64,000 nt of DNA from Camelus ferus (Eukaryota): positions 99,512,001 through 99,576,000 of the forward strand of contig NC_045696.1 in the NCBI RefSeq assembly GCF_009834535.1. Reading direction: 5' to 3'. The first letter of the stretch is position 1, and each line of letters starts with the position of its first letter. Positions 36,601 through 49,197 of this stretch are shown piece by piece. The notes below the pieces were generated by a model. That model was given only the letters and a program-made list of their open reading frames with translations, ran no database searches and had not been told where the DNA came from. The translations under genes were made by a program, and so were the position numbers.

Positions 36601-39600
36601 GCTAAACTCACTGAGAAGAAAAAAGAGAGGGTTCAAATAAATAAAATCAGAAATAAAAGAGACGATGGTACAAGTGAAACCAACAAAATACAGAGGTTAA
36701 TAAGGGACAACTATAAACAATCATAAACCAACAAATTGGGCAACCTAAGTGAAATGCATAAGTTCTTAAAACATACAACTTTTTCAGTCTGAATCATGAT
36801 GAAATAGAAAATCTGAATACAGGCATACCTTGAAGATATTGCACTTTGAATCCAGACCACCACAATAAAGCAAAATTGCAATAAAACAAGTCACATTTTT
36901 TTTTTGTTATCCAGTACATACAAAAGTTACGTTTACACTATGTTGTAATCTATTAAACATGCAATAGCATCATACCTAAAAAATTTACTTGCCTTAATTA
37001 CAAAGTACTTTATTGTTTTAAAATGCTAACCATCACCTGAACCTTCAGCAAGTCATAATAGTATCATCAAGGATCACTGATCACAAATTGTTAAAAACAA
37101 ACACAATAATGAAAAACTTTAAAGTTTTGTAAGGATTACCAAAATGTGACACAGAGTCACGGAGTAAATAATGTTGGAAAAATGGCACTGATAGATTCCT
37201 TGACATAGGATTGCCACAAACCTTCAACTTGTTAAAAAAAAGAAAAAAAGCATATTTGCAAAGCACAGTAAAGCAAAGAACAATAAAATGAGGTATGTCT
37301 GTAGCCTGATTACTAAGGATATTGACTCAACAACCAAAAACATTCTAATAAACAAAAGTCCAGGACCAGATGGCTTCCCTCGAGAATTCTACCAAACAGT
37401 CAAGAAGGAATTAATATCAATCCTTCTCAAACTTTTCCAAAAAATAGAAGAGGGAATACTTCTAAAGTCATTTTACAAGGCTAGCATTACCTGGGTATCA
37501 AAACCACAGACAGCATAAGGAAAGAAAATAACAGGTGAATATCCCTAATAAACATAGATGCAAACATCCTCAGCAAAATGTTAGCAAACTGAATTCAGTG
37601 ATACACTGAAAACATCATATACCATGATCAAGTGGGATTTATTTCAGGGATGCAAGGATGGTTCAACATCTGTAAATCAATCAACATGATATACAAACAC
37701 TAACAAAATAAAGGCTAAAAATCATTATCTGTTCATTAGATGCAGAAAAAGCATTTGATAAAATCCACATCCATTTATGATAAAAATTCTCAACAAAGTT
37801 GGTGTAGGGAGAACACATCTTAATATAATAAAGATCATATAAGACAAACCCATAGCTAACATCTTACACAATGGTGAAAAGCTGAAAGCATTTCCTCTAA
37901 GATCAAGAACAAGACAAGGATGCCCACTGTTGCCACTTTTATTCAACATAGTGGTGGAAGTCCTGACCAGAGCAATTAGACAAGGAAAAAGAAGCATTCA
38001 AGTCAGAAAAAAGTAAAGCTGTTTCTATTTGCAGATGACATAATATTATATATAGAAAACCTAAACACTCCAACAAAAACTGTTTGAACTAAAAAACTGT
38101 GCAGGATACAAAGTCAATATACAAATTCAGTTTTGTTTCTATACACTAAAAACAAACTATCAGAAAGAGAAATTTTTAAAAAATCCCATTTACAATTGTA
38201 TCAAGAAGAATAAAATTCCTAGAAATAAATTTAAGCAGGTGAAAGATCTGTACACTGAAAACTGTAAGGCATGGAAGAAATTAAAGAGGTCACAAATAAA
38301 TGGGAAGATATTTTGTACTCCTGGTTGGAAGGACTAATACTGTTAAAATATCCAAACTGCCCGTAGCAATCTACAGATTCAGTGAAATTCCTATCAAAAT
38401 TCCAATGGCAATTTTTATAGAACTACAATAAACAATCCTAAAGTTTGTATTGGATCACAAAAATACCATTAGCCAAAGAAATCCTGAGAAAGAACTAAGC
38501 TGGAGGCATCATGCTTTCTAATTTCAAAGTATATTAAAAAGCCATAATAATCAAAACAGTATACTATGTAGTTTTGGCATAAAAACAGACACATAGATCA
38601 GTGGAATAGAATAGGGAGCCCAGAACTAAACCCATACATATATGGTCAATTAATTTATTACAAAGGAGACAAGAATATAAAATGGTAAAGGAGAGTCTTT
38701 TCAAAAAATGGTGATGGGAAAACTGGACCCCTGTCTTACACTACACACAAAAATATCAACTCAATATGGTTTAAAGACTTGACCATGAGACCTGAAACCA
38801 TAAAATTCCTTGAAGAAAACACGGAGCATAAGCTCCTTGACATCAGTTTTACTGATATTTTGGATTTGACACCAAAGCAAAGGTAACAAAAGCAAAAATA
38901 AACAAGTGGGACTACATCAAACTAAAAAGCTCTGTACAACAAAGCTAACTAACCACCAACAAAATAAAAAGGCAACCTACGTATGGGAGAAAATGTTCGC
39001 AAAACATATATCTAAGAAATGGTTAAAATCCAAAATATATAAAGAACTCATACAACTCAATCGCCAAAAGCAAAAAGCAAAACAAAGACAAAATCCAATT
39101 AAAAAATGGACAGAGAATATGAATAGATATTTTTCCAAAGAATATATATAAATGGCTAACAGGTACATGAAAAGAGGCTCAACATCACTAATCATCAGGA
39201 AAATGCAAATTGAAACCACGGTGAGATATCACCTCACACTTTATAATGCTGTTATCAAAACACACACAGACACACACACACAATAACAAGTGTTGGCCAG
39301 GATGTGGAGAAAAGGGAACTCTTGTGCACTGTTGGTGGAAATGTAAATTTATGTATCCAGTGTGGAAAACAGTATGGAGATTCCTCAAAAAATTAAAAAT
39401 AGAACGACTCTATCATACAGCAGTTCTAGATTTTGGTATTCACTGAAACAAACGAAAACACTAACATGGAAAAACATCTGCACCCCCTTGTTCACTGCAG
39501 CACTATTTACAATAGCCAAGACATAAAAACACCTAAGTGTCCATTGACAGATCAATGAATAAAGAAAATGTGGTATATGCCATACGCATACACAATGGAA

Positions 39601-40068
39601 TATTTTCTCACTATGAGAAGGAAATCCTGCTATTTGAAACAACATGGGTGAACCTTGTGGGCATATGCTGAGTAAATAAGTCAAACAGAGAAAGACAAAT
39701 ACTGAATAACTTCCCTTATATTTGGAATCTAAAAAACCATACTCATAGATACAGAGAAAGACTGGTGGTTGCCAGAGGTTGTGGGTCGGGGTGGGCAAAA
39801 TTGGTGATTGTGGTCAAATGTTACAAACTTTCAGTTATAAGTCGTGGGTATGTAATAAACAGCATGGTGACCACAATAATACTGCATATTTGAAATTCAC
39901 TAAGAGTGTAGATATTAAATGTTCTCATCACAAGAAAAAAATTGTAACTGTGTGGTAAAGGAAGTTAACTAGATATATTTTGCTGATCATTTCACAGTAC
40001 AAACGTATCAAGTCATTATGTTGTATATCTGAAATTAGTAATAATATTGTATGTCATTATAACTAAAA
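33627..40068 (+). mobile_element. Old L1 (L1MA8/9-like 3' end) with a ~2.1-kb 5'UTR, ORF1 deleted, ORF2 degenerate
   Basis: GC-rich repeated 5'UTR to ~35708; ORF1 ATG at 35709 fused to EN sequence at ~35748; ORF2 pieces KSPGPDGF..EFYQT, FADD (TTTGCAGATGAC ~38028) and HCWWKC; 3'UTR ends ~40068. Confidence 0.95.
36820..37301 (+). mobile_element. Tigger1-derived internally deleted DNA transposon nested in L1
   Basis: Terminal inverted repeats CAGGCATACCT and AGGTATGTCTG; TA duplication at 36818-36819 and 37302-37303; L1 ORF2 is colinear on both sides. Confidence 0.92.
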
Positions 40069-40149
40069 AATATCTTTTTTCACTCACCCTTTGAGACAAT
40101 TCTAGAGAACTTGTAGGTTCTTAACTATCCCCATCTAGAATTGAAAAAT

Positions 40150-40935
40150 GGCTAAGTTAGGGCTTTGACAATTTAGATTTTCATTTGAAATCAGTTCCCC
40201 ACTCACTATTAGACTGTTGTAGGCAGAATTCTAAAATGTCCCTCAAGATGAGTGCTTACTGTGTACACATTCTTTATAATCCTTAAGACTAGAAATAGGA
40301 TGAGATATTATTCCTATGATTAGGTTATGTTCTGTGGCACAATTGACTTCAAGAAAGTAAGTGGGTCTGCCCTAATCAGGGGAGCCTTATAAGGGACAAA
40401 GATTTTCCTGGTGAAAGAAGTTTGAAATGTGAGAGGGATATGACAAGAGACAAATTCTCCACTGTCGATTTTCAAAATGTGGGTGCAGGACAAATGGCGA
40501 GGAATGTGAATGAGCCCTAGAACTCTCATCTTCCAGCTGACAGCAGCAAGTCAATGGGACCTTGGTCCTACTGTCACAAGGAACTGAATTCTGACAAAGC
40601 AGATTCTACCCCCAAACTTCCAGATCAGCAGTCAGTCTAACTGACAGCTTGATATTAGCCTTTGGAGAGACCCTGAGCAGAGAACCCAGTCATACGGTAG
40701 TCAGACTTTTGATAGAACTGTGAGCTAATAAATGGATGTTGGTATAAGCCATTACTAAGTTTGTAGTAATTTGTTACGTAGCAGTAGAAAACTACTGCAA
40801 AGATCTTTGATAAATTATATAATCATTCTATTTTCTCATCAGTAGAATGCGAGTAATAATAGTATTATGCATTTGTGTTGAGGATTAAATAAAGCAATTA
40901 AAATGGAGCACTCAGTTGAGTGTTCAACTGGATGT
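40150..40935 (+). mobile_element. MIR split by an MLT1 LTR (parts ~40150-40214 and 40800-40935)
   Basis: TTTGAAATCAGTTCCCCACTCACTA before the LTR; TTTTCTCATCAGTAGAATG...TTGAGGATTAAATAA after it. Confidence 0.6.
40215..40799 (+). mobile_element. MaLR solo LTR (MLT1E-like)
   Basis: TG...CA termini; TGTAGGCAGAATTCTAAAATG start; AGAACTGTGAGCTAATAAATG and GTAATTTGTTACGTAGCAGTAGAAAACTA end. Confidence 0.9.
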
Positions 40936-43900
40936 TAATTGCTACTTCATTGTTTTGAGGATTTAGTGAAGTGATACCTAAAAAGTCCTCAGCATAGTGC
41001 CTGGTACCTAGTAACAATGTTATCAATTTATTGTTAGACATGAAAAAACTTGACATGGACTCTCCTTGGACATCTTAGCATTCCCTATATTCTTTCACTT
41101 GAAACCTCTTAATTATGACTGAATATTAAGAGCTGGTGTATCATGGCCTTAAGGTGAGCCTGTTTTTTCAAGCTGCCAAAGAATGGGTTACTAACATCCA
41201 ACATCTGAGTCTATGAGCAAGAAACTCAGATATTAGCAACTTTCTTCTCCAAGGAAAAGGTTAATTTTGAAAGAAGGCGGTACATCATGCATTTTGAGTG
41301 AGGGTATCTCTAGCTGTACTTGAGTTTATCTGTTCTTTATAAAGATGATTACAACCTACAACCACATACTGAAAAAACCACCCCTCAGATTCTGGTTTTA
41401 TTACATTGACAAGGAGGATGGCACTGTTTTGTCATAAACTCAAAGAATATAAGGACTTTCCATATCAACAATATGCTTAATACCAGTGATCAACTCTCTT
41501 ACAAAACTATACACAGTAAAGTCTGAATGAAAGTAATATTCTTATCTATTTATTTGTATTTAATCCAGAGAAATCAGGACATGTCTTTTACCAGGATGCT
41601 ATTTACAAGAATTCAAATGTAACAATTTACTTGAAAGGCAAACACGGCTGAATAAATTTGGGTTTCTACAGTTAAGAAAACTATTACATTAAGACTCATG
41701 ATTGAGTTCACACTATGTCTCTAATGCAAGCACACATTTCAATGTCACTGTCTGCCACCTTACAATAACAGAAAACATCTGTATAATGGCCTATAACATT
41801 ACACGGTGCATTACAATTAGAAATGTGCTGAAGTGGTGGATTGGGGGTTTATTTATGGTCCATGAAATAAAAGAGTCTATGAGCCTCTCATGAAAACTTA
41901 ATAGTTCAAGGAAATAAAATATTTGAGTGCAACAATTATGTTTTAAATGATATCATCACTAGAGAAACTTAGAACAGCCAAAAAGTTGAAATATTAGTGT
42001 TAAAAGAAACCCATTACTAGTTGGCTGGAAGTCTTTATTATCAGAGAGGCAAAGAATGTCAGAGAATTATGAAAAACACATCATGCCTTCCAGGTTAATA
42101 TAATTTCTATAACAGAGTGAAATCTCTCTTAATTGCTCATAAAATCAAGGCTCTGAAAGTTATGGTGAGAGTAAACAGATTTAAAAACCTTGAAAAAATT
42201 TTAAAATAAGAACAGAAAAAGATCTTTTGTGATGCTGCCCTAAAAACTGGCAAGTTTGAGTAGCAGCAATTCACAAACTGTTTCTAATAGGAGTCAAAGT
42301 TACCCCCACAAGCCACAAAAACTCTCCATGTGTGAGAGCAAATAATTACAGTTCATGAACAACATGTACTTCATTTCCAGATTACAGGTAATTGTATACA
42401 CATTTAAATTTGTTTATTTTGCATGCATAATCTCATATTCATGAAGATAATTTAATCATTTATACTTGATGTGTGGGAAAAATTATGGTGTCTAATCACG
42501 CTCCCAGATTTCTCAAAGTTTTGCCCTGCTGTGGGAAAAAAATTGTCATACCAGACAAAATGCTTTCATTTACCTTCCAGAATTCAAAAGAACAGCACTA
42601 GTCAATGACTTCTTTAGGTGATATGGTACTTTTATTATGGAAAAATACCACAGATTTTACTACATTTGATAACTTTGCCATGAACTTCTATGTTATTGTA
42701 TCTATAGAAATCTATTCTATTTAATGTCTTAAAGGCTAGATTTGTAAAACTGAGCTATGTATCTTCTGTTTTTTTTTATTCTACTAAAAAGTCAAAATTA
42801 AATGCTCTACTCTTTTGATATTAGATGATGCTTTTTTTTTATTAAGATTTAAAATATACACTTATATTGTGTTGAAATTTCAATCTTTTAGAGTGTTTTG
42901 TATTCATGATAGTTCTACCAAACGTTTCCACGGGAGACTTACATGCTTTCTTAGTACTGATTGCTGGTTGGTTTTCAGAATCGGTTCAGATTTCCTCCAA
43001 AGTAACCTAAAAGACACAGGAATTCTGGCAGACCCTCGATTAAACATGCAACATTTGTAATGATTTTCCACATGATTATCCCAAATAGCCGTGGAAGAGC
43101 ACAAAGCTGTCAATCAACATACAAAGAAAAGGGGTCAATGTCATAGTACTATCTGCTGGCGATGAGGACTACACTGTCCATTTGCCTGTAATGTGCTATT
43201 TCAGGATATGTAATCATCATGTTATTACAGTCTTGATTTCAGAGCCAACAGTGAAGCTACAGAATGGTATCTGGATTTGGATATGCAGCTCAAGAAAAAA
43301 AAAGACATCACTCAAAAAATATTTTAAAGGGATATTGCTGGACAAATGGTGGCTTTGAACTAGCTGTGCAATAAGTTGGATTTTTAACTTCTTTTTATTC
43401 TTTTGGGTTTGATATCCTATAAGCAGAATATTATTTTATATCCCTGCAACTTCTGGATTAATTAAATGTGGAAGAGTCCTCTTTCTGACTTTGAGAACAA
43501 AGAAAAGGGAAAGGGAGAAATAATGGAAAGGATGGACAGGAGGGAAAAGAGAAAGGAGAGGGAGGAAATTAGAATTATTTAATTACCCCAAGATCACTTT
43601 CATGAGCATGTAGCAAACATATGTTGCAAAAATCTCATGGCATCATTAATCTAACAGTTACCAACGTCTGTAGGAAACGTGTTAATGTATCGGAACCCAG
43701 CCAATCACTGTCCCACATTGTATGAGACAGTGGCCTTAGGCAAGGTTTTCTAGGGACCACATGCCTGTAGTTAAAGGAATATGCTTTTCACACTTAAACA
43801 CTAGTAGATTGGAGGTAAAAAATATATATAACCACTATTTTATAAGAAAGATATTTTATAACAATAAACTTTCAGTAAGTGCTTCAAGGAGCAGTGACTT

Positions 43901-44139
43901 TGCAATGACTTCATTCCTATACTTAAGATATCTAGTACTTACTTTTAGGTGTCAGTTTCCTTTGGAAAATGCTGAAATCTCTCCCCAGACTCAGTAAAAT
44001 GCTTCGTCATTTTCATTGTTAAGAACATAACTGGAAAAAAAAAGGATAGGTACACATGATTTATACCGTAAAAGTGAGAGCCAAGAATTTGAGTGGACAC
44101 ATAACTTTAATATATTAGGTAAATTAGATCATTCTATTT

Positions 44140-44562
44140 AAAATTCAACCCATGCCATTTCCTCTACTCACTCCTGATTTCTGTTATCCTGCTAGGCTTT
44201 TTTAAAATATAAAAATAGTTTATTTTGTCTATGGTTTGTTGTCTGTCTTTTTCAGCTGGAATGCATACCCTTGAAGATTTCATTTGTGCAGTGATGGGTT
44301 GTGTGTGGACAGAGTGACTCAATGCTTTATGGATGCCAGAATCAGATTATGGTGAACAGAGTGGTAACAACTGGGTGCACCATGACTTGTTAGTATTGTT
44401 TCTTAAAGAAACTTAGTTCCTCGAAGTATACCATATATCACAAATTCATTCACTAAAATTGTATCTTTCAATAGTGTGAACCCCACATTCTCCATTGTGC
44501 AGTCAGCTCCAACACAGTGCCTAACAATTAATTGAAAATTACGTATTAAATGAGTAAATAAA
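44140..44562 (+). mobile_element. L2 3' fragment with an unassigned insert (~44290-44480)
   Basis: GTTTGTTGTCTGTCTTTTTCAGCTGGAATG... and CACAGTGCCTAACA...TAAATGAGTAAAT. Confidence 0.5.
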
Positions 44563-45619
44563 ATAGTATAGTAAGCCTGTCAAAAGGCAACACGGGATTG
44601 CTTAAATAAACAAGAACTGTAAGCAGTGAGTTCAATAATTCATAGAAAAGAGAAATAAGAGTGGTTTGGAAACCCATCATGAGAGAAGTACAATTTGTCT
44701 ATAAAACTTTACATACTCTTCTGTGATTTATTTCCTTATCACTGAATAACTTGTGCTATTATTTTACTGAGAATTTTTCTTTAATTGATCCAAATTTTTA
44801 TTAAAGTGAATTTATATAGAATCAGTTTTATGATGAGATGACTGGTGTCACTTCCTTTAATACAAATTAAGAGTAAAACAGGCATGTCTGGCCCACAAAA
44901 TGCATCTACTAAATTCTAGCTAGACAGTTTCATTCAAAGGTCTTGAGCTTGAAGCAAATTAGCAAGTGATAGAGATATGTTAAAACTAAGCCAAGGTCAA
45001 ACTTGGCATTAGTTAGAAAGACTGAAAAGAGAATCGTGCTGTGAGTGAATGCTCTATAATTTCACTTCTTTGTACCACGTATAACGACCGCCTGTGCAAC
45101 CTCACATCGCCTTGCGTTCCGCAGAAGTATGCATGCCCACACTTCAGGGAAAGGTCTATGAAGCAGCTGCTGACAAGACTGTTAAGCACCAACAAAGATG
45201 AAGAAGAGGAGGGAACATTTACTAACATTCTATTATGTGTCAAACATTCTGTAAAGCAATGACGATTTGTTCTGTAATCCTTCTCTGACACTATGGTATC
45301 ACTTGATGTGTGTAACCCCTCTACAGAGTAACTGAATAGGATGGCAACATTATATTATTTCCTAATTTAATCCCCCTTTAAAAAAATTAATAGCATATTC
45401 ATGTGGTACAAAATTCAAAATCCAAGCGTTTTCCATGAATGCCATTCTACAATAAATAAAATTCTCTCTTCTGTCCTTGTTTCCTGGTCATTCAGTTTGA
45501 CCCCAAATATTAGCAATAGTTTTCAAACACATTGTAGCATACAGTACACATTGTTCTATAGATTGCTTTACTCACTTAATAATATATCTTAAGAATACTC
45601 TCAGAGGAAAAATACATTC

Positions 45620-46070
45620 TAGTTAAGGAAGTGCTTTAGGTAAGGTGGGATAGGCTACTTAATGACAAAGGAACTTCCCATGATAATTGGCTTGAAGGTC
45701 AAAGAAGTTATTTCTCATTCAAGTACAGTCCAAAGTGAGCCATCCCAGTGAATTAGTGCCTCTATGCCAGAGGCTGGCAGCAACTATGCATCACATATAC
45801 ATGACTTCCAAGGTCATTCTCATCATTCCCATGCCAGAAAGTAGGGGAAAAGAGGGAAAGACAAGGGTCAGAGTTTTTCTCTTGATCAAATAAAACAGGC
45901 ATTGCAAAGATCTTTTCCATTCACATGCTACTAATAGTAGAGCTTAAACACTTGACTACAGCTAGCAGAAAGAACGGCTGGGAAAAGCAATTCCTGCCGG
46001 GGGGTTAACTCTATTCCTCTCCAGTTAGGAGGAAGAATGGATTTGGGTGAACAGCTAGCAAGATGCATAA
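45620..46070 (-). mobile_element. Old MaLR LTR (MLT1-like)
   Basis: AGAAGTTATTTCTCATTCA...CAGTCC; TTCCATTCACATGCTA...CTAGCAG...GGCTGGGAAA...GAATGGATTTGGGTGAACAGCTAGCA. Confidence 0.6.
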
Positions 46071-46149
46071 TATATTTAAGTTTATTGAATAATACAGAAA
46101 TTTCATCCATAATTTCAGAAATATTTAAATTATTTTTGTGATATCTTAG

Positions 46150-47335
46150 ATATATTTTTAGGTAAGATTGTGGTTAATCTGAAAAGTTTTAACAAGGGTA
46201 CACAGTGATGTAATTCCCATTATAATTATGATATTGAACATTTCCATCATCCAAAGAAGCTTCCACATTCCCCTTGTAGTCTCTCCTCTTCCTTGACCTT
46301 TACCCCTGACAGCAAATCCTATACTTTCTGTTACAATAGTTTGGTACTTTTTAAGAATTTCATATAATGGAATTGTGTAGTATCTTGTCTTTTGTGTCTG
46401 GCTTCTTTCACTTAGAAAGATGCTTTTGAGATGTAGCCACATTTTACAGTGTCTCACCAGTGTGTTCCTTTCTATTGTGGGGGAAGATTCAGTACTCTAA
46501 ATGAACTACAGATTTTTTATCCATTTACCAGTAGATGAGATTTTGAGTTGTTCCCAGTATTTGTTGTTGTTGTTGTTATTGTGGTAAGAACATCCAACAT
46601 GAAATCTAGACTCTTGACAAAACTTTAAGTGTACAATACAGTATTGTTAACTGTAGATATGATGTTTTATAGCAGATCTCTAGATTATTCATCTTGCATA
46701 ACTGAAAATTTATACTCAGTGAATAGCAACTCCATATTCCCTCCTTCCCCCAGCCCCTGGAAACCACCGTTCTACTCTCTGCTTTTACAATTTCACTATT
46801 TTTGATTCCTTATATAAGTGAAAACATGCAATGTTTGTCCTCTTGTAACTGGCTTATTTTACTTAGCATAATCACTTCAAGTTTTATCCATGTTGTCACA
46901 TTTGGCAGGATTGTTTAAAGTTTTTGATATTCTGAACAAAGTTGCTAGGAAAATCTGAGTACAAATGTTTTGGTTATGTATGTTTTAATGTCTTTCGGGT
47001 AAGTACCTAAGATGGCGATTGCTCAGTCATATGGTAAGTATGTGTCTACTTTTTTAAAAAACCACCGATTTGCTTAGAAAGTGGCTCTTCTGTTTTTCAA
47101 TCCTACCATCAATAAATGACAGTTTCAGTTGCTCTACATCCTTATTAACACTTATTTTTGACCATCTTTTTAATTTTAGCCATTTTAGTGGGTATGTAAT
47201 GATGGTGGTTTTGATTTGCATTTCCTTAATTACGAATAAACACAATAAAATATGCTGAATATTATTTGCCATTAGGATGTCTTCTTCGATAAAGTGACTA
47301 TTCAAATCTTATGCTGCTTTTTAATTTTTAGAAGA
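46150..47335 (-). mobile_element. Ancient L1 3' end (L1MD/ME-like)
   Basis: Minus-strand ORFs 46158-46457 and 47054-47305 retain LSERSQTQK and IKEMQIKTT. Confidence 0.8.
46560..46915 (-). mobile_element. L1MA-type 3' end nested in the older L1
   Basis: (TTG)n tail then TTATTGTGGTAAGAACA...TTAAGTGTACAATACAGTATTGTTAACT...; the host L1 resumes at ~46918. Confidence 0.8.
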
Positions 47336-48723
47336 GAAAGTTTTAAGTATAAAAATATAAAGAATACCAAGTATCAGTAGGATATTAAATCTTCCTGAAA
47401 TTCATATTAAGAGCAGAATTGTATATAAATATAAAAATAAATTCTGGCTAAGTTTTGGACTTTCTAATGATAGGCCATTAAGTTAATACTAATATTGTAA
47501 TGACTAAGCGGAACATATTTGTAAATACAACATACCAAAACTTATGAGATGTAGCAAAAGTAGTTCTAAGAGGTAAGTTCATAGTGATAAAGCCTATATT
47601 AAGAAAAAAGAAAGATCTTAAATAAACAACCTAATTTTAAACCTCAAGGAACTAGAAAAAACTAAGCCCAAAGTTGAAAGAAAGGAAATAGCAAAGGTTA
47701 GAGAGGAAATAAATTAAATAAAGAATAAAAAGACATTAGAAAAGACAAACCTTTTGCTAGACTTGCCAAAAAATAGAGAGGATGCAAATAAATAAAGTTA
47801 TAAATGAAAGAGGAGGCAAACATTTAATACAACATACATGCAAAAGATCATAAGAGACTACCATGAACATTAAATGCCAACAATTTGGATAACCTAGTAG
47901 AAAAGGATAGATTCTCAGACACATACAACCTACAAAGACTGGATCATGACGAAATAAAAATCTGAAAAGACCAATTACTAGTAAGGAAATTAAAACATTA
48001 ATCCTAACCCTTCCAACAAAAGAGGAAGAAGAAGGGGAGGTAAAACTTTTAAACTCATCTATAAGGCCAGCATTACATTGATACCAAAGCTGGACAAGGA
48101 CACTATAAGAAAAATTTACAGGCCAATAGCCCTGATGAATAGCAGATGCAAAAATCCTGAACAAAATATTAGCAGAACAAATTTAGAAATACAGTCTAGG
48201 GATTACATACCATGATCAAGTGGCATTTATTCCAGGAATGTAAAGATGGTTCAATGACTGCAAATCAATCAATGTGATGATATGAAGGCTAAAGCTCATA
48301 TAACCATCTCAATAGATGCAGAAAAGGCTTATGACAAAATGTGACACCCATTCATGATAAAAACTCTTAGAAAGGTGGTTATTGAGAGAATGTACTTCAA
48401 CATAATAAAGGCTTTATGTGTCAAGCCCACAACTAACATTATATTCAATGGTGAAAAACTGAAAGCTTTTCCTAGGATGAGGTACAAGGATGCCCTCTCT
48501 TGCCACTTTTATTTAACATAGTCCTGGAAGTCCTAGCCAGAGTAATTAGGAAAGAGAAATAAAAGACATCCAAATCAGAAAGGAATAATAAAACTATTTC
48601 TATTTGCAGATTACATGATGTTATATAAAGAAAATCCCAAACAACCCCCCTAAAAATGTTAGAACCAATCAACAAATTCAGTAAAATGCATGATACAAAA
48701 ATCAATATACAAAAATCAATTGT

Positions 48724-49197
48724 TACTCTGTGGAATCTAAAAAATAAACTAGTGAACAACAACAAGAAACCCAGACTCACAGATACAGAGAACAAACTAG
48801 TGGTTACCAGTGGGGAAAGGTAAGGGGGGAGGGGCAAGATAGGGGTGGGGGAGGGGCAAGATAGGGGTGGGGAGGGGCAAGATGGGGTAAGGGAGTAAGA
48901 GGTACAAAGTACTATGTATAAAATTTTAAAAAATCAACAAAGATCTATTACACAACACAGGGAACATAGCCAGTATTTTATAAAAACTATAAATGAAGTA
49001 TAATCTATAAAATTTTTAAATTACTGTGTTGTACACCTGAAACTATTATAACATAGTTAATCAACTATACATCAATAAAAAATATTGGAGGCATGAGAGG
49101 GCTGAGAAGTGACTGTGTGTGTCGCCCAACTCTTGAAATGAAAAAGTGCTGGTCACTACCACTGACTTCTACAGCAACCAGGACTGACTCTAGAAAG
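48724..49197 (+). mobile_element. Nested L1 3' end (48724-49082) plus ~115 bp of non-L1 sequence inside one degenerate TSD
   Basis: AAAAATCAATTGT (48711-48723) and AAAAATTAGTTGT (49198-49210) match 11/13; host ORF2 is colinear across the insert. Confidence 0.8.
48824..48888 (+). repeat. G-rich 22-bp tandem repeat, three copies
   Basis: GGGGGAGGGGCAAGATAGGGGT twice exactly, plus a 20-bp variant. Confidence 0.9.

Noticed and set aside
42370..43270. Micro-exons TTCCAG|ATTACAG|GTAATT and TTTCAG|AGCC...AATG|GTATCT
   Set aside because: Splice-like motifs are common by chance, and there is no supporting gene structure.
49085..49192. C/D box snoRNA retrocopy (CTGA near the 3' end)
   Set aside because: No RTGATGA C box and no match to any snoRNA I recall; an Rfam search would settle it.
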